64,000 nt of DNA from Candidatus Multivoradales bacterium. Its GTDB lineage: Bacteria > Acidobacteriota > Thermoanaerobaculia > Multivoradales > Multivoraceae. How positions within the stretch are numbered: position 1 is the first letter of the stretch; each line of letters starts with the position of its first letter. This document shows, one piece after another, positions 1 to 10,472 of this stretch. Made by a program: the position numbers and the translations under genes. The notes under the pieces were generated by a model. It did no database searches. It was not told the origin of the DNA and saw nothing but the letters and a program-made list of their open reading frames with translations. The stretch covers positions 224,001 through 288,000 of the forward strand of contig CBDCWI010000002.1 in NCBI GenBank assembly GCA_965223325.1. Direction: 5' to 3'.

Positions 1-2
1 GG

Positions 3-500
3 AGCCTGGCGCGGCGTGACCTGCGGGTCCTGGCGGTGGGCAGTTCTCTGGCGGTTCTCGCGGTGGTTCTGGTCGCGATGCGCTTTCGCTTTCGATTGGC
101 CGCCTACGCGCTCCTCCCGGTGGTCTGGGGCGCGACGGTCAGCCTCGGCCTCTGGGGCCTGTTCGCACGGCCGGCGCGGCTCGACTTGCTGTCGATCGCC
201 GTCCTTCCGATTCTGTTGGGTATCGGTGTCGACGACGGGTTGCACGCCCTGTGCGGCCAGCGCGGAAACGGACCGCTGCGCTCGTGGTTGGGAGGCTCCA
301 TCGCCTCGACCGGACGGGCGATGGTGCTCACCACCTTGACGACGGCAGCTGGGTTCTCGAGCCTGGCACTGTCGAGCATTCCGGGATTGGAGCGCGGCGG
401 CCTGCTGGTGGCCGGTGGGGTGGTTGCCTGCCTGGTGGCGACGCTTCTGGTTCTGCCGGCCTCTGCCGGAACCGAAGGCGACCAACGATCGCGGCGGTAG
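3..500 (+). CDS. MMPL/RND family exporter, C-terminal part (runs off the window start)
   Basis: Multi-TM protein with MMPL motifs LLGIGVDDGLH and STGRAMVLTTLTTAAGFSSL. Confidence 0.8.
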   Translation, partial: SLARRDLRVLAVGSSLAVLAVVLVAMRFRFRLAAYALLPVVWGATVSLGLWGLFARPARLDLLSIAVLPILLGIGVDDGLHALCGQRGNGPLRSWLGGSIASTGRAMVLTTLTTAAGFSSLALSSIPGLERGGLLVAGGVVACLVATLLVLPASAGTEGDQRSRR

Positions 501-667
501 AGGCTGCTAGGCTCTATCACCCCACGGTCCGAGGTGTCTCAAAGCCCCATCCCGGAGGTCAAACCTCGCATCGCACCGCCGCTCCAACTGCTACCTCCCC
601 GACCACATCAGGTTCTGATGACCAGTCGCCACCAAGCAATCCTCAACGCTTCCTCGGGTCAGCCGTT

Positions 668-1801
668 TTGTCCGATCAGCTAGGGCCGCCGGAGGACGAG
701 CGCGCCACGACGGCCGATGGGCTTCGAGAAGTGTCCGCCCAGGCCCCGCGGGTGAGCGCCTGGCAGCGCCGGGTGCTCGGTCGGCTGCACATCACTTCCG
801 TTTTCTGGTACCGCCTGAACATGTGGGGTGCGAATCACCTTCCCGATTGGCTGTTGCCCTCCGCCATGGCTCTCACGAGTGGCTTCTTTACCGTCATGCT
901 GCCGGGCCGGCGGCGAGCAGTGGCGAACAACCGCGAGTGGATCGAAGGCCGACGCCACGGCTTGCTGCGCCGCTGGTGGAACGCCTTTACGACCTTCCAC
1001 AACCTGGCCTGGTGCATGACGGAGACCTACCAGGGGCTGGCTGGCCGCGATGCGGTCGCGGTCGAAACGGAGGCGATCGAGCACTGGCGGGGCTTGGCTG
1101 CAGAACCGTCGGGTTTCGTTCTGATGACCGCCCACGTCGGCCACTGGGAGGTCGGGTCGCGCCTCGAAGGCGAAGGTGAGGGTCGGCGCGTCAATGTGGT
1201 TCGCGAGCCCGAAGTAGACCAGGCGATTCAGGAGTGGCTCGAGGAGGCCCTGGAGCGCTCGGGCGGCGACCAGGTGACCTTCCACTTCGCCCAGCCAGAC
1301 GACTTCGCCCTCGGCGCGCGCCTCCTGCAGGCCCTGCGACGGGGCGAGCTGGTGGCTCTCCAGGGAGACCGCCCGACGGCCAGCGGACGTCGTGCGACGG
1401 TCGAGATCTTCGGCCGCCAACTCGAGTTGCCGCTCGGCCCCGTCGCGCTGGCACGTGCGGCAGGCGTCCCTCTCTTGCCCGTCTTCGTCTGGAGGCGCGG
1501 GCGCGGGCGCTCGCAGGTCGTGTTTCGACCGCCGGTGACCGTCGCTCGGACCCGCGATCGAGAGAGCGACCTGGCGGCGGCGCTGCAGGCGGTCACCAAC
1601 CATGTCGAGTGGGCGATCCGGCAGGAACCTGCGCAATGGTTCTGCTTTCGCGACCTCTGGGGGCGCCCACCGCGCCACCCGTCCGCTGCGCCTTCGGCCG
1701 ACCCCGTCTTGCGAGACCCCCTCATCGCAGGGCGAGTCGAGCACGAGAGAACAGGGCCTGAGACCTCTGGGATGGGACTCGACGCCGAGCGACAGACCTG
1801 A
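668..1801 (+). CDS. Lysophospholipid/lipid A lauroyl-type (LpxL-like) acyltransferase
   Basis: TAHVGHWE (HxxxxE), LVALQGDR, GPVALAR and PAQWFCF motifs; start uncertain (TTG 668 or GTG 752). Confidence 0.8.
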   Translation: MSDQLGPPEDERATTADGLREVSAQAPRVSAWQRRVLGRLHITSVFWYRLNMWGANHLPDWLLPSAMALTSGFFTVMLPGRRRAVANNREWIEGRRHGLLRRWWNAFTTFHNLAWCMTETYQGLAGRDAVAVETEAIEHWRGLAAEPSGFVLMTAHVGHWEVGSRLEGEGEGRRVNVVREPEVDQAIQEWLEEALERSGGDQVTFHFAQPDDFALGARLLQALRRGELVALQGDRPTASGRRATVEIFGRQLELPLGPVALARAAGVPLLPVFVWRRGRGRSQVVFRPPVTVARTRDRESDLAAALQAVTNHVEWAIRQEPAQWFCFRDLWGRPPRHPSAAPSADPVLRDPLIAGRVEHERTGPETSGMGLDAERQT

Positions 1802-1830
1802 GACGATCGGACACCGGAAGGGAGATCCGC

Positions 1831-2604
1831 TTGCGAGAGCAACCACCGTCGACTGAAAGAGCACCGCTGGACGCCGGGTCGCCGCATCCCACCCTGGGCC
1901 GCTACTACCACGATGGTGAGGCGCGCCGGGAGTACCTGCACGAAGCCTTCGACCGCTCGGCCCATCACTACGACGGAATCAACCGTTGGATGTCGTTCGG
2001 CACCGATAGCTGGTACCGGAGGAAGGCTCTCGAGCGCGCCGGGGTCGGCCCGGGCATGAAGCTGCTCGACGTCGGTTGCGGTACCGGGATGATCGCCTCA
2101 CACGCACGTGATCTGGTCGGTGAAACCGGTCAAGTGATCGCAGTCGATCCGTCGTTCGGAATGCTGCGCCAGGGGATTGCCGAGGGTCGCCTGGACTCGC
2201 CAGCACGCGGCCGAGCGGAGGCCCTACCGTTTCCAGATCAACACTTCGACCTCGTCACCATGAGCTATGCGCTGCGTCATGTCGACAACCTCGAAACGAC
2301 CTTTTCCGAGTATCGGCGGGTGCTACGGCCGGGCGGCAAGATTCTGATCCTCGAGGTCACCCCTCCGCCGCCCGGGCCATTGTTCGGCCTGGTGAAGTTC
2401 TACCTGCGCCGCATCGTGCCTGCCGTCACCAGGGTCACCACGGGCAGTCGTGATGCGCAAACGCTCTACGCCTACTGCTGGGACACTTTCGAAGCCTGTG
2501 TGCCTCCCGAGGAAATCCAGCAGGCGATGACCGCCGTGGGCATGACCGACGTATCGCGTCATCGCGAGGCCGCGATCTTCAGCGAGTACACCGGAGTCCG
2601 CTGA
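1831..2604 (+). CDS. Class I SAM methyltransferase, UbiE/MenG-like
   Basis: YDGINRWMSFG, LLDVGCGTG, YALRHV, RVLRPGG; GAAGGGAG RBS before the TTG. Confidence 0.85.
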   Translation: MREQPPSTERAPLDAGSPHPTLGRYYHDGEARREYLHEAFDRSAHHYDGINRWMSFGTDSWYRRKALERAGVGPGMKLLDVGCGTGMIASHARDLVGETGQVIAVDPSFGMLRQGIAEGRLDSPARGRAEALPFPDQHFDLVTMSYALRHVDNLETTFSEYRRVLRPGGKILILEVTPPPPGPLFGLVKFYLRRIVPAVTRVTTGSRDAQTLYAYCWDTFEACVPPEEIQQAMTAVGMTDVSRHREAAIFSEYTGVR

Positions 2605-2638
2605 GGCGCGAGTGCATCCCTGGCCCTATGTTCTCTGC

Positions 2639-4258
2639 TCAGGTTGTTGCCGAGGCCGGGTCAACGCCGGTTCGCGCTTCGGAAACCGCCGGCGGCCGGG
2701 CGATGGGCTGCGGTCGGCGGGGTAGGGGCCTGAGCTCGCTGATCTCCGCCTCGAGCCACATCCGGAGCCCGCGAAGAAACGAGCCCCGCGCGTCGCGGCC
2801 GAGGCTGAAGACCGGGCCTTTCGGTTTCCAGCCGACGTTGTGCATCCCGTAGTTGCCACGTTCACGACGTCTGAGCGCAATGCGGCGTAGGCGTCGGCCG
2901 AGAAAAGCGTGGAACTCGTAGGCGACGCGTACCTGCCACGCTGGCTGGGCAAAAACCGGTTGCTTCAACGCACCGACGTCACCGTAGACCCAGGGCAAGA
3001 CGAAGAGGTAGTAGGCGCCGGTGTCGATCAGCATGGCTGCTGTGGTGAGCTGAGCGTCGCCGAGAATGGCGTACTTGCCTAGATAGAGAGCGTCGAGCCA
3101 GCGCTGGTAGGACAGTTCGAAGAGACGGTTGTGTTCATCAATGGCCCGTTCGAGCGGCGGTTCCGGGAGCGCACCTGCGAGATCCTCACTGACCAGGTCG
3201 GCGGTTGCGAAGGTCGAGATCGCCAGGTGGTCGAGGCCTGGGCTGTAGTACGGATCCATGAACGCCGCCGCGTCGCCGACAACTGCCCAGCCGCGCCCCA
3301 TGTACTGACGGCAACGGTAGGACAGGTGGCGATAGGACATGAAATCCTCGCCGTCGATCTCTGCCTCGGCAAGCAACTCGCGCAGCCCGTCATGCTGACG
3401 GACAAAGGCCTCGTAGCGTTCACGCGGTGTGCCCTCGAAAGGCGATTCGAACAGGTCCCGGTCCCACACCAGGCCAATGCTGTTGCGGCCGTCGGCGAGT
3501 GGAATGAGCCAGCACCAATACCCGAAGCCACAGAAGTGGTTGGTCGCCAGGCTGCGGCTGGCCTTTGTCGGCGGCAGCCTGGGGTTGTAGACGTCCCGCC
3601 CGAGGATCTCCGTCGAGTCGAGACTCTTGACTCCGGTCCAGCGCGCCCATGCCGCCCCCACCCGGTGCCTCTCGGTGCGCTCGAGCAGACCGCGACGGCG
3701 GCCGAGAAACGCTGTCTTACCAGAGGCGTCGATGACCCAGCGCGCCTTCAGGGTACGCACCGCGTCGTTCCCGAGGCCAACCGCCACGGTGCTTTCGGGC
3801 CATGCAGTGGCGACCTCCTGGATCTTGGCCGGCTGCAGGACGTCGACGCCCTCGGCGTGGGCCGTCGCCAGCACGTGCCGGTCGAGCGTCGGGCGGTCGA
3901 GCTGAAAACTGGGGATCTCGGGTGCGACGCGCGGTCCGAACTCGACCATATCTTCGAGCGGTCTGTTTCGGCCGTCCGAGAACCAGAAGCGGAGACCGTG
4001 CTTGGGCAGGTGATCGGTCGCCAGGTGCGAGGTGAGACCGAGGACGCGCTGCAAGAAAAGTGACGAGAGTTCGACCGTCGCCTCACCGACCCGCGGGTTG
4101 AGCTCTTGCTGTTGTTCGACCACCAGGATCTGCGCGTCTGGTCTTCGACGTTTGATTTGCAATGCCGTCGACGAGCCGGCCAGTCCACCGCCGATCAGGA
4201 TGACGTCGTAGGCCTCTCTGATCTGGCTTGGCGGCGTTCCAGGGGTAGGGGAGGTCAT
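2639..4258 (-). CDS. Flavin-dependent halogenase family oxidoreductase
   Basis: GGGLAG FAD motif, VGEAT, KHG (candidate catalytic Lys), WCWLIPL (WxWxIP), GDAAAFMDPYYSPG. Confidence 0.8.
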   Translation of the reverse strand: MTSPTPGTPPSQIREAYDVILIGGGLAGSSTALQIKRRRPDAQILVVEQQQELNPRVGEATVELSSLFLQRVLGLTSHLATDHLPKHGLRFWFSDGRNRPLEDMVEFGPRVAPEIPSFQLDRPTLDRHVLATAHAEGVDVLQPAKIQEVATAWPESTVAVGLGNDAVRTLKARWVIDASGKTAFLGRRRGLLERTERHRVGAAWARWTGVKSLDSTEILGRDVYNPRLPPTKASRSLATNHFCGFGYWCWLIPLADGRNSIGLVWDRDLFESPFEGTPRERYEAFVRQHDGLRELLAEAEIDGEDFMSYRHLSYRCRQYMGRGWAVVGDAAAFMDPYYSPGLDHLAISTFATADLVSEDLAGALPEPPLERAIDEHNRLFELSYQRWLDALYLGKYAILGDAQLTTAAMLIDTGAYYLFVLPWVYGDVGALKQPVFAQPAWQVRVAYEFHAFLGRRLRRIALRRRERGNYGMHNVGWKPKGPVFSLGRDARGSFLRGLRMWLEAEISELRPLPRRPQPIARPPAVSEARTGVDPASATT

Positions 4259-4360
4259 CTCTTGGCGATCATGGAGTCAGAGCGATCTGGGAGGGGAATC
4301 GGGAGAGCGGCTGAGCGGGAGGGTCGTGACGCCAGAGCCGAGGAAGGCGCCGCCGTCTAC

Positions 4361-4388
4361 ATTCTACGGGCATTTGGGCGGCGGGCAA
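4361..4388 (-). promoter_or_regulatory. Putative sigma70 promoter for the halogenase gene
   Basis: TTGCCC-N16-TAGAAT on the minus strand. Confidence 0.4.
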
Positions 4389-4399
4389 TCACCCCGATT

Positions 4400-4846
4400 C
4401 TAGTCGCGGTCCTCGATCGCGTCCTGGGTGGCGAAGGTGCTGATCGTCGCCTCGGCGAGGACTTCGTGGGGTTCGAAGGCCCGCATCACCCGGACTGCAA
4501 AGCGCTGTAGCGCCCCAGCGCCTCCGAGGCGCTCGACGCGCGCTCGCAGTTCCACTCCGACTGGCAGTTTCGACTGATGAAAGGTGGCGGAGCGGATCGC
4601 GACCAGGTAGCCAATGGGTACCGGCCTCTTGCCGCCTCCCGCGCTCGAAGTGCGGGCGAAGGCGATGGACGCCTGCGCTGCGAGCTCGATGGCCAGGATG
4701 GCGGAAGCTTCCCCGGCGTGCGCCAGGGGGTTTTGTTCGTCGATACGACCTACGCACACGGCGACGTCGCCCTCACGACTCAGAAGTCGTTCCGCCAACC
4801 GCATCGGTGGCCGATGAGGCAGCAGGGTGGTGAGGTCACCGCTCAT
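4400..4846 (-). CDS. Hotdog-fold 3-hydroxyacyl-ACP dehydratase (ApeP/FabZ-like)
   Basis: LLPHRPPMRL and IELAAQA motifs. Confidence 0.8.
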   Translation of the reverse strand: MSGDLTTLLPHRPPMRLAERLLSREGDVAVCVGRIDEQNPLAHAGEASAILAIELAAQASIAFARTSSAGGGKRPVPIGYLVAIRSATFHQSKLPVGVELRARVERLGGAGALQRFAVRVMRAFEPHEVLAEATISTFATQDAIEDRD

Positions 4847-4899
4847 GGCGACCGAGGTTACAGAAACCCGGTGCGTGAGCGAATCCGGTCACCGAAACC

Positions 4900-6006
4900 G
4901 TGATGCGGCGCGCGCGTAACATGAGGCTCATGCGAAACCGCGAAGCACCGTCACCGATCGACGTGCCCTCCTTCTTTCGACCGGACGAGGTGGGTGCCTG
5001 GAGCTATCGAGGGGACCTCCCAACGATCGAGGCCTGGGTGCAGGACCGCTTGGGAGAGCAGGCTGGTCTGCCGGCGGCACGAGCAGGCGGCGGAAGAGTG
5101 GCTCTCCTGCTGATCGATATGCAGCGCGACTTCTGCTCACCAGAGGGCAGCCTCTTTGTCGCCGGGCCTGGTGGGAACGGAGCGGTGGAAGACACCCGTC
5201 GTCTGGTGCCTTGGACCTATCGCAACCTGGCAGCGATCGATCGCGTCTTCTGCACCCTCGATAGCCACACTCCCCACCAGATCTTCCATCCGGCGTTCTG
5301 GCGCGATCGCTCGGGCCGGCCGCCCGAGCCGTTTACCGTCATCAGTAGCGCGGCACTCTGCGGCGGGGAGTTCACCCCGCTCGCCTTTCCACCCATCGGG
5401 CCTGAGCTTCCGACCGACGACCCCGACTGGCTCGAGCGCCAGTGCCTCGACTACTGCCGGCGCCTGGAGGCCGGCGGGCGCCACCAACTGACCATCTGGC
5501 CGTACCACTGTCTCCTGGGGAGCTCGGGCCACAGCCTCGACGGTGCGTTGCACGAAGTACTGACCGCCTGGGAACTCCTGTCTGGCACATCGGTCGAGTG
5601 GTGGCCCAAGGGAAGCCACCCACTGACCGAGCGCTACTCGGCGCTCGGTCCGGAAGTCGTCCGGTCCGCAGACGGAGTACCCCTCGACCAGGACGAGGCG
5701 ACGACTCGGCTCGCACGACTTCTAGAAGCCGAAACGCTGGTGGTTGCCGGTCAGGCCTCCAGTCACTGCGTGCGCGCGACGCTCGAAGATCTCGTCGATC
5801 GGGCCGCCGACTGTGACGCCTCTCCCGAGATCGTGGCGCTCAAAGACTGCATGTCTCCCGTGTACGTGCATTCGGCCGACCCCACGCTCCTGGTCGATCA
5901 CAGCGAAGAAACCCAGGCCGCTTTCGAGCGCCTCGAGGCCCGCGGGGTGCGCTTCGCGTCGAGCGCGACCTACTCGCTGGTCGCGGGTTCCGGGCGCACC
6001 GACTGA
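4900..6006 (+). CDS. pncA: Nicotinamidase / isochorismatase family cysteine hydrolase
   Basis: IDMQRDFC, DSH, WPYHC, KG and GQASSHCV give the Asp-Lys-Cys triad; convergent with nadE. Confidence 0.75.
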   Translation: MMRRARNMRLMRNREAPSPIDVPSFFRPDEVGAWSYRGDLPTIEAWVQDRLGEQAGLPAARAGGGRVALLLIDMQRDFCSPEGSLFVAGPGGNGAVEDTRRLVPWTYRNLAAIDRVFCTLDSHTPHQIFHPAFWRDRSGRPPEPFTVISSAALCGGEFTPLAFPPIGPELPTDDPDWLERQCLDYCRRLEAGGRHQLTIWPYHCLLGSSGHSLDGALHEVLTAWELLSGTSVEWWPKGSHPLTERYSALGPEVVRSADGVPLDQDEATTRLARLLEAETLVVAGQASSHCVRATLEDLVDRAADCDASPEIVALKDCMSPVYVHSADPTLLVDHSEETQAAFERLEARGVRFASSATYSLVAGSGRTD

Positions 6007-6013
6007 GGTTTTC

Positions 6014-8080
6014 TCAGGGAACGTTCCGTTCGAGCTCGTCCAACCAGGCCCGAGCGCTGGCGTCACTCGGCGCTCGCCAGTCGCCACGAGGTGAGAGCGA
6101 GCCCCCCGAGCCCACCTTGGGTCCGTTGGGCATCGCGCTGCGCTTGAACTGGCTGAACTCGAAGAACCGGCGCAGGAAGACCGCCAGCCAGTGTTTGATC
6201 GCCGGAAGGTCGAACGCTCGCCGGTCGTCGGCGGCAACCGTGGCCGGCCAGGCACCGCTCTCGGCGTCGCGCCACGCCTGCCACGCCAGGTAGGCGACTT
6301 TGCTCGGTCGGTAGCCGAAACGACTGGTGTAGTAGAGGTGAAAATCCTGCAGCGCGTAGGGCCCGACCACTGCCTCGGTGCTCTGCGTCGCTTCACCGTC
6401 CGCACCGGCGGGCACCAGTTCGGGGGTGATCTCGGTGGCGAGGATCTCGGTTAGAACGGCACGTGTCTCTTCGTCGAAGCGCTCGGTCTTGATGACCCAG
6501 CCGATCAGGTGTTGGATGAGAGTCTTGGGCACCGAGGCGTTGACGTTGTAGTGCGACATGTGGTCGCCGACGCCGTAGGTGCACCAACCCAGCGCCAGTT
6601 CCGACAGATCCCCAGTACCGACCACCAGCGCCCGGTGCATATTGGCGAGCCGAAACAAGTGCGAGGTGCGCTCACCGGCCTGGACGTTCTCAAAGGTCAC
6701 GTCGTGCGCCGGTTCGCCGGCAATGAACGGATGCTCCAGATCCTCGAGCATCTGTCGACAGGAGGGGCGGATGTCGATCTCCTGCGCGCTCACCCCGAGG
6801 GCCTTCATCAGTCGATGGGCGTTGGACTTCGTACTCTCTGTGGTCGCAAAGCCGGGCATTGTATAGGCCAGCACATTGCGGCGCGAAAGCCCGAGAGTCT
6901 CGAGTGCGCGTACCGCGATGACCAGGGCGTGGGTCGAATCGAGGCCACCGGAGATGCCGATCACCAGCTTTTCGATACCGGTTGCTTCGAGGCGTTGGGT
7001 CAAGCCGCGGATCTGGATGCGATAGGCGTCGGTGCAACGCTGGTCGAGCTCCGCTTCGTCTGCGGGCACATAGGGAAAGCGCTCGATCCGGCGCGCGATG
7101 GCCAGCTTCCCGGCTGGCGGCTCGATCTCGAGCTCGACGCGAGGGGCCAGCATCAACTGGTCGCGGTAGCGCTCGACGGTGTCGTTCCAGCTGGTCAACC
7201 GGCTGCGCTCCTGCACGATGCGATCGAGATCGATGTCGCGCACCAGGATCTGCGAGCCTTCAGCGAAACGTTCACTCTCGCCGAGCAGTTCGCCGTACTC
7301 GGCCACCAGGCCATGGGCGTCCCAGGCCAGGTCGGTGGACGACTCACCCGCTCCGGTGCCGGCGTAGAGGTAGGCCGCCACCGTGCGTGCCGATTGTCCG
7401 GTCACCAGAGCGCGCCGGTACTTGGCCTTGTCGATCGTTACGTTGCTTGCCGAGAGATTGAGCAGCACGGTGGCGCCGGAAAGAGCCCCGAAGGTCGACG
7501 GCGGGAGCGGTGTCCACAGGTCTTCACAGAGTTCGACGAAAAAGGTCAGGCCAGGGATCGTGGTGACATCAAAGAGCAGTTCGCTGGTGAAGGGCACCGA
7601 CTCGCCGAGCAGCTCGATGCGATCGTCGAGGGCGGCGACCGACGGCGAGAAGTGGCGTTTCTCGTAGTACTCGCGATAGTTGGGCAGGTAGGACTTCGGG
7701 ACGACGCCCCTCACGCGACCGGCATGCACGATGGCGGCGCAGTTGAAGAGTCGCTGCTCGCTGCGCAGGGGCATCCCGACCGCGAGCGCCGTGCGCAGAC
7801 TCAGTGACGCCTGGGCGACCTCGGACAACGCGGCGAGGCAGCTGTCGAGGAGCGCATCCTGGTGCAGGAGGTCATCGATGGCATAGGACGACAGACCGAG
7901 TTCAGGGAAGACCGCCAGGGCTGCCCCCTGACGATCGGCCTCCTGGGCCAGCTCGATGGTGTTCTTGGCGTTGATCTCCGGGTCCGCGACGCGTACCCGT
8001 GGAATCGCTACGGCGACCCTCGCCATGCCGTGCCGGTAGGGGTTGTCGAATTCGATGCGGTCTTTCCTTGGCGCACTCAT
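6014..8080 (-). CDS. nadE: Glutamine-dependent NAD+ synthetase
   Basis: Nitrilase domain ([25 protein letters not shown]) plus SGGLDST and [10 protein letters not shown]. Confidence 0.95.
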   Translation of the reverse strand: MSAPRKDRIEFDNPYRHGMARVAVAIPRVRVADPEINAKNTIELAQEADRQGAALAVFPELGLSSYAIDDLLHQDALLDSCLAALSEVAQASLSLRTALAVGMPLRSEQRLFNCAAIVHAGRVRGVVPKSYLPNYREYYEKRHFSPSVAALDDRIELLGESVPFTSELLFDVTTIPGLTFFVELCEDLWTPLPPSTFGALSGATVLLNLSASNVTIDKAKYRRALVTGQSARTVAAYLYAGTGAGESSTDLAWDAHGLVAEYGELLGESERFAEGSQILVRDIDLDRIVQERSRLTSWNDTVERYRDQLMLAPRVELEIEPPAGKLAIARRIERFPYVPADEAELDQRCTDAYRIQIRGLTQRLEATGIEKLVIGISGGLDSTHALVIAVRALETLGLSRRNVLAYTMPGFATTESTKSNAHRLMKALGVSAQEIDIRPSCRQMLEDLEHPFIAGEPAHDVTFENVQAGERTSHLFRLANMHRALVVGTGDLSELALGWCTYGVGDHMSHYNVNASVPKTLIQHLIGWVIKTERFDEETRAVLTEILATEITPELVPAGADGEATQSTEAVVGPYALQDFHLYYTSRFGYRPSKVAYLAWQAWRDAESGAWPATVAADDRRAFDLPAIKHWLAVFLRRFFEFSQFKRSAMPNGPKVGSGGSLSPRGDWRAPSDASARAWLDELERNVP

Positions 8081-8213
8081 TGCGCAGGTAGTCTATTGCC
8101 CGGAACAGGTCTACAGCGTCGCACAACAGGAACGGGCCGTCGTGGCCGGGGCCTGTGCATGGCGGCGATGAGCGGTCGCGGTCCGCGGCGGCCTGGAAAG
8201 GACAAAGAAAGCG

Positions 8214-8978
8214 ATGTCGAGATTCGATCTGACCGGTAAGGGTTGCATCGTGACGGGAGGGAACTCCGGTATCGGTCTGGGGTACGCCCACGGCTTAGCC
8301 GAGGCCGGCGCCTCGGTCTGTATCTGGGGGACCAACGAGGAGAAGAACGCCCGTGCCAGGGCCGAGCTCGAGCGCCACGGCACCCGGGTCGAGGCCCTAC
8401 GTGCCGATGTCGGTGACCCGGAGGCGGTGCGTCAGGCATTTGCCACCACGGTCGAAGCTCTCGGCAACGTGCACGCCGTGTTTGCCAACGCCGGCATCGG
8501 TGGCCGCGGGACTCCGTTCGCCGCGATGACGCTCGAGGAATGGCGCGATGTGTTCCGGGTCAACATGGAGGGCGTGTTCACCACCTTCCAGGAGAGTGTG
8601 CGGCACATGATGGTGCACGGCGAGGGTGGCTCGCTGGTCGTCACAAGCAGTCTTTCGGCGCGCGAAGGAGCGCCGCGCTCCGAGCACTACGCGTCGACCA
8701 AAGCGGGGGTCATCGCGATGGTCCGCGGGCTGGCGGTCGAGCATGCTCGGCATGGCATTCGCGCCAACGCCATCTTGCCCGGCTGGATTGAAACCGCGAT
8801 GACCGACAAGGCGATTCACAACGAGGTCTTCCAGAAGAAGGTCCTGCCGCGCATTCCTGTTCGGCGGTGGGGTACTGGCGACGACTTTGCCGGCGTTGCC
8901 GTCTACCTGGCGAGTGATGCGAGTAGCTACCACACCGGCGACGCCCTCCTGATCGATGGAGGTTACGCCTGTTTCTGA
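8214..8978 (+). CDS. Short-chain dehydrogenase/reductase
   Basis: TGGNSGIG, NAG, YASTK, PGWIET, DGG. Confidence 0.92.
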   Translation: MSRFDLTGKGCIVTGGNSGIGLGYAHGLAEAGASVCIWGTNEEKNARARAELERHGTRVEALRADVGDPEAVRQAFATTVEALGNVHAVFANAGIGGRGTPFAAMTLEEWRDVFRVNMEGVFTTFQESVRHMMVHGEGGSLVVTSSLSAREGAPRSEHYASTKAGVIAMVRGLAVEHARHGIRANAILPGWIETAMTDKAIHNEVFQKKVLPRIPVRRWGTGDDFAGVAVYLASDASSYHTGDALLIDGGYACF

Positions 8979-9031
8979 TTCGAGTGCGACCCGTGGTTCT
9001 CGGCCTTTGCGCCACTGCCAGACGGGGCTCA

Positions 9032-9490
9032 CTACTTCTCTCCCGCCAGTTCCTTGAACAACTCGGTTAGCTCGCCGGGGATTCGGCAGGGGCTTTTGTC
9101 TCCGGCGCGTACCCAGAGGTGTTCAGTGACGCCGGTGACCAGTGTTTCGTTGCCCAGCGTGACGCGGTAACCGAAGTGGAGGATGCGGCTCATGTAACGG
9201 TCGACCCAGGCGCTGACGGTGGGGGTGTCACCGTAGGTGGCGCCGCCTCGGTACTCGACGTGGGCGCCGGTCACCATCAGCCATACGCCGAGCTCGTCCT
9301 CGATGCGGGCGTAGGGCCACGGGGTGGTGGCACACAGAGCGGTACGCGCGGCTTCGAACCAGATCAGGTAATTGGCGTGATGGACGACGCCCATGCGATC
9401 GGTTTCGGCGTAGCGAACTTCGAGATCGAGGTCGTAGACGCGGGCTCCGCTCTCGGAGGGGTCACCCGGTCGGCCGGGCCGCTTGTTCAT
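9032..9490 (-). CDS. Acyl-CoA thioesterase (YbgC/4HBT family)
   Basis: VRYAETDRMGVVHHANYLIWFEAAR. Confidence 0.9.
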   Translation of the reverse strand: MNKRPGRPGDPSESGARVYDLDLEVRYAETDRMGVVHHANYLIWFEAARTALCATTPWPYARIEDELGVWLMVTGAHVEYRGGATYGDTPTVSAWVDRYMSRILHFGYRVTLGNETLVTGVTEHLWVRAGDKSPCRIPGELTELFKELAGEK

Positions 9491-10248
9491 GGGTCTCTCT
9501 CGGGTCGGGTGTCGGGGAGCTGGGGGTCGAGGCGGGCGAAGCTGTAGCGGAACACAGTCCAGAGGATCTTGTAGCCAGCTCGCAAGGTGCCCTGGATGGT
9601 ACCGGTGATCTTGGAGACGCCTACGCGGCGACGGTAACTCACCGGCACCTCGGCGACGCGTAGACCGTGCTGGAGCGCTTTGACTTGCATCTCAGCGGTC
9701 CAGCCGAAGTCGGGGTCGCTCATCTGGAGGCGTTCGAGTGCCGGCCAGGTGACGGCGCGAAACGGGCCGAGGTCGCTATAGCGATGACCGTAGAGGAGCC
9801 GGATCAAGAGGCAGGCGACGACGTTGCCGATGCGCGCCTGGGGCAACAAGGCGCCGGGTTCGCGCTTTCCGAGGACCCGCGAGCCGATGACGAGGTCGGC
9901 AAGCCCGGCGAGCAGGGGTGCCACGACTCGCGGCAGTTCTTCGGGGTGATCGGAACGGTCAGCGTCGACGAACACGACCACGTCGGGAGGATCCGCGGCG
10001 AGAGTTGCGAGGGCGGTGAGGCAGGCACTGCCATAGCCCTGGCGTGGTGCGGGAACGACCGTCGCTCCAGCTCCTCTGGCCACCTTCGCGGTACCGTCGG
10101 TCGAGTTGTTGTCGGCCACCACGACCTGGCGAACCTGCGGTTCTTCGACCGTCGCCAGGTCAGAGAGGACCATCCCGATCGAGTCCTCCTCGTTCCAGGC
10201 CGGGATCACGACGTCGATGACGACGGGGAGGGGAAGGGGATCGGGCAT
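9487..10248 (-). CDS. Glycosyltransferase family 2 (DPM-synthase-like)
   Basis: VIPAWNEE, DNNSTDGT, GYGSAC, DAD, SDLGPFRA. Confidence 0.9.
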   Translation of the reverse strand: MPDPLPLPVVIDVVIPAWNEEDSIGMVLSDLATVEEPQVRQVVVADNNSTDGTAKVARGAGATVVPAPRQGYGSACLTALATLAADPPDVVVFVDADRSDHPEELPRVVAPLLAGLADLVIGSRVLGKREPGALLPQARIGNVVACLLIRLLYGHRYSDLGPFRAVTWPALERLQMSDPDFGWTAEMQVKALQHGLRVAEVPVSYRRRVGVSKITGTIQGTLRAGYKILWTVFRYSFARLDPQLPDTRPERDP

Positions 10249-10472
10249 GATGATGGGACTGTAGCGCTCGCGTTGACTGGTTTCGAACGCCCGCGTAGGA
10301 GCAACGCCGCGGGCCCTTTGCTATCAGGGAGTTGCTACACTGCGTTCCCTTTTGTACTCGCGATGGGACGGCTCTTTCCGAGAGGTCCTCCAAGCGTTCG
10401 TAGTGCACGAGGAGACCTTGTCTCGACCCCATCTTTCCCTTCCGGCCCCCGAAGCATCCTGGATTCCCCGTC

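Noticed and set aside
8081-8213. NAD+ riboswitch upstream of nadE
   Set aside because: Conserved nadA-motif core not found on the relevant strand
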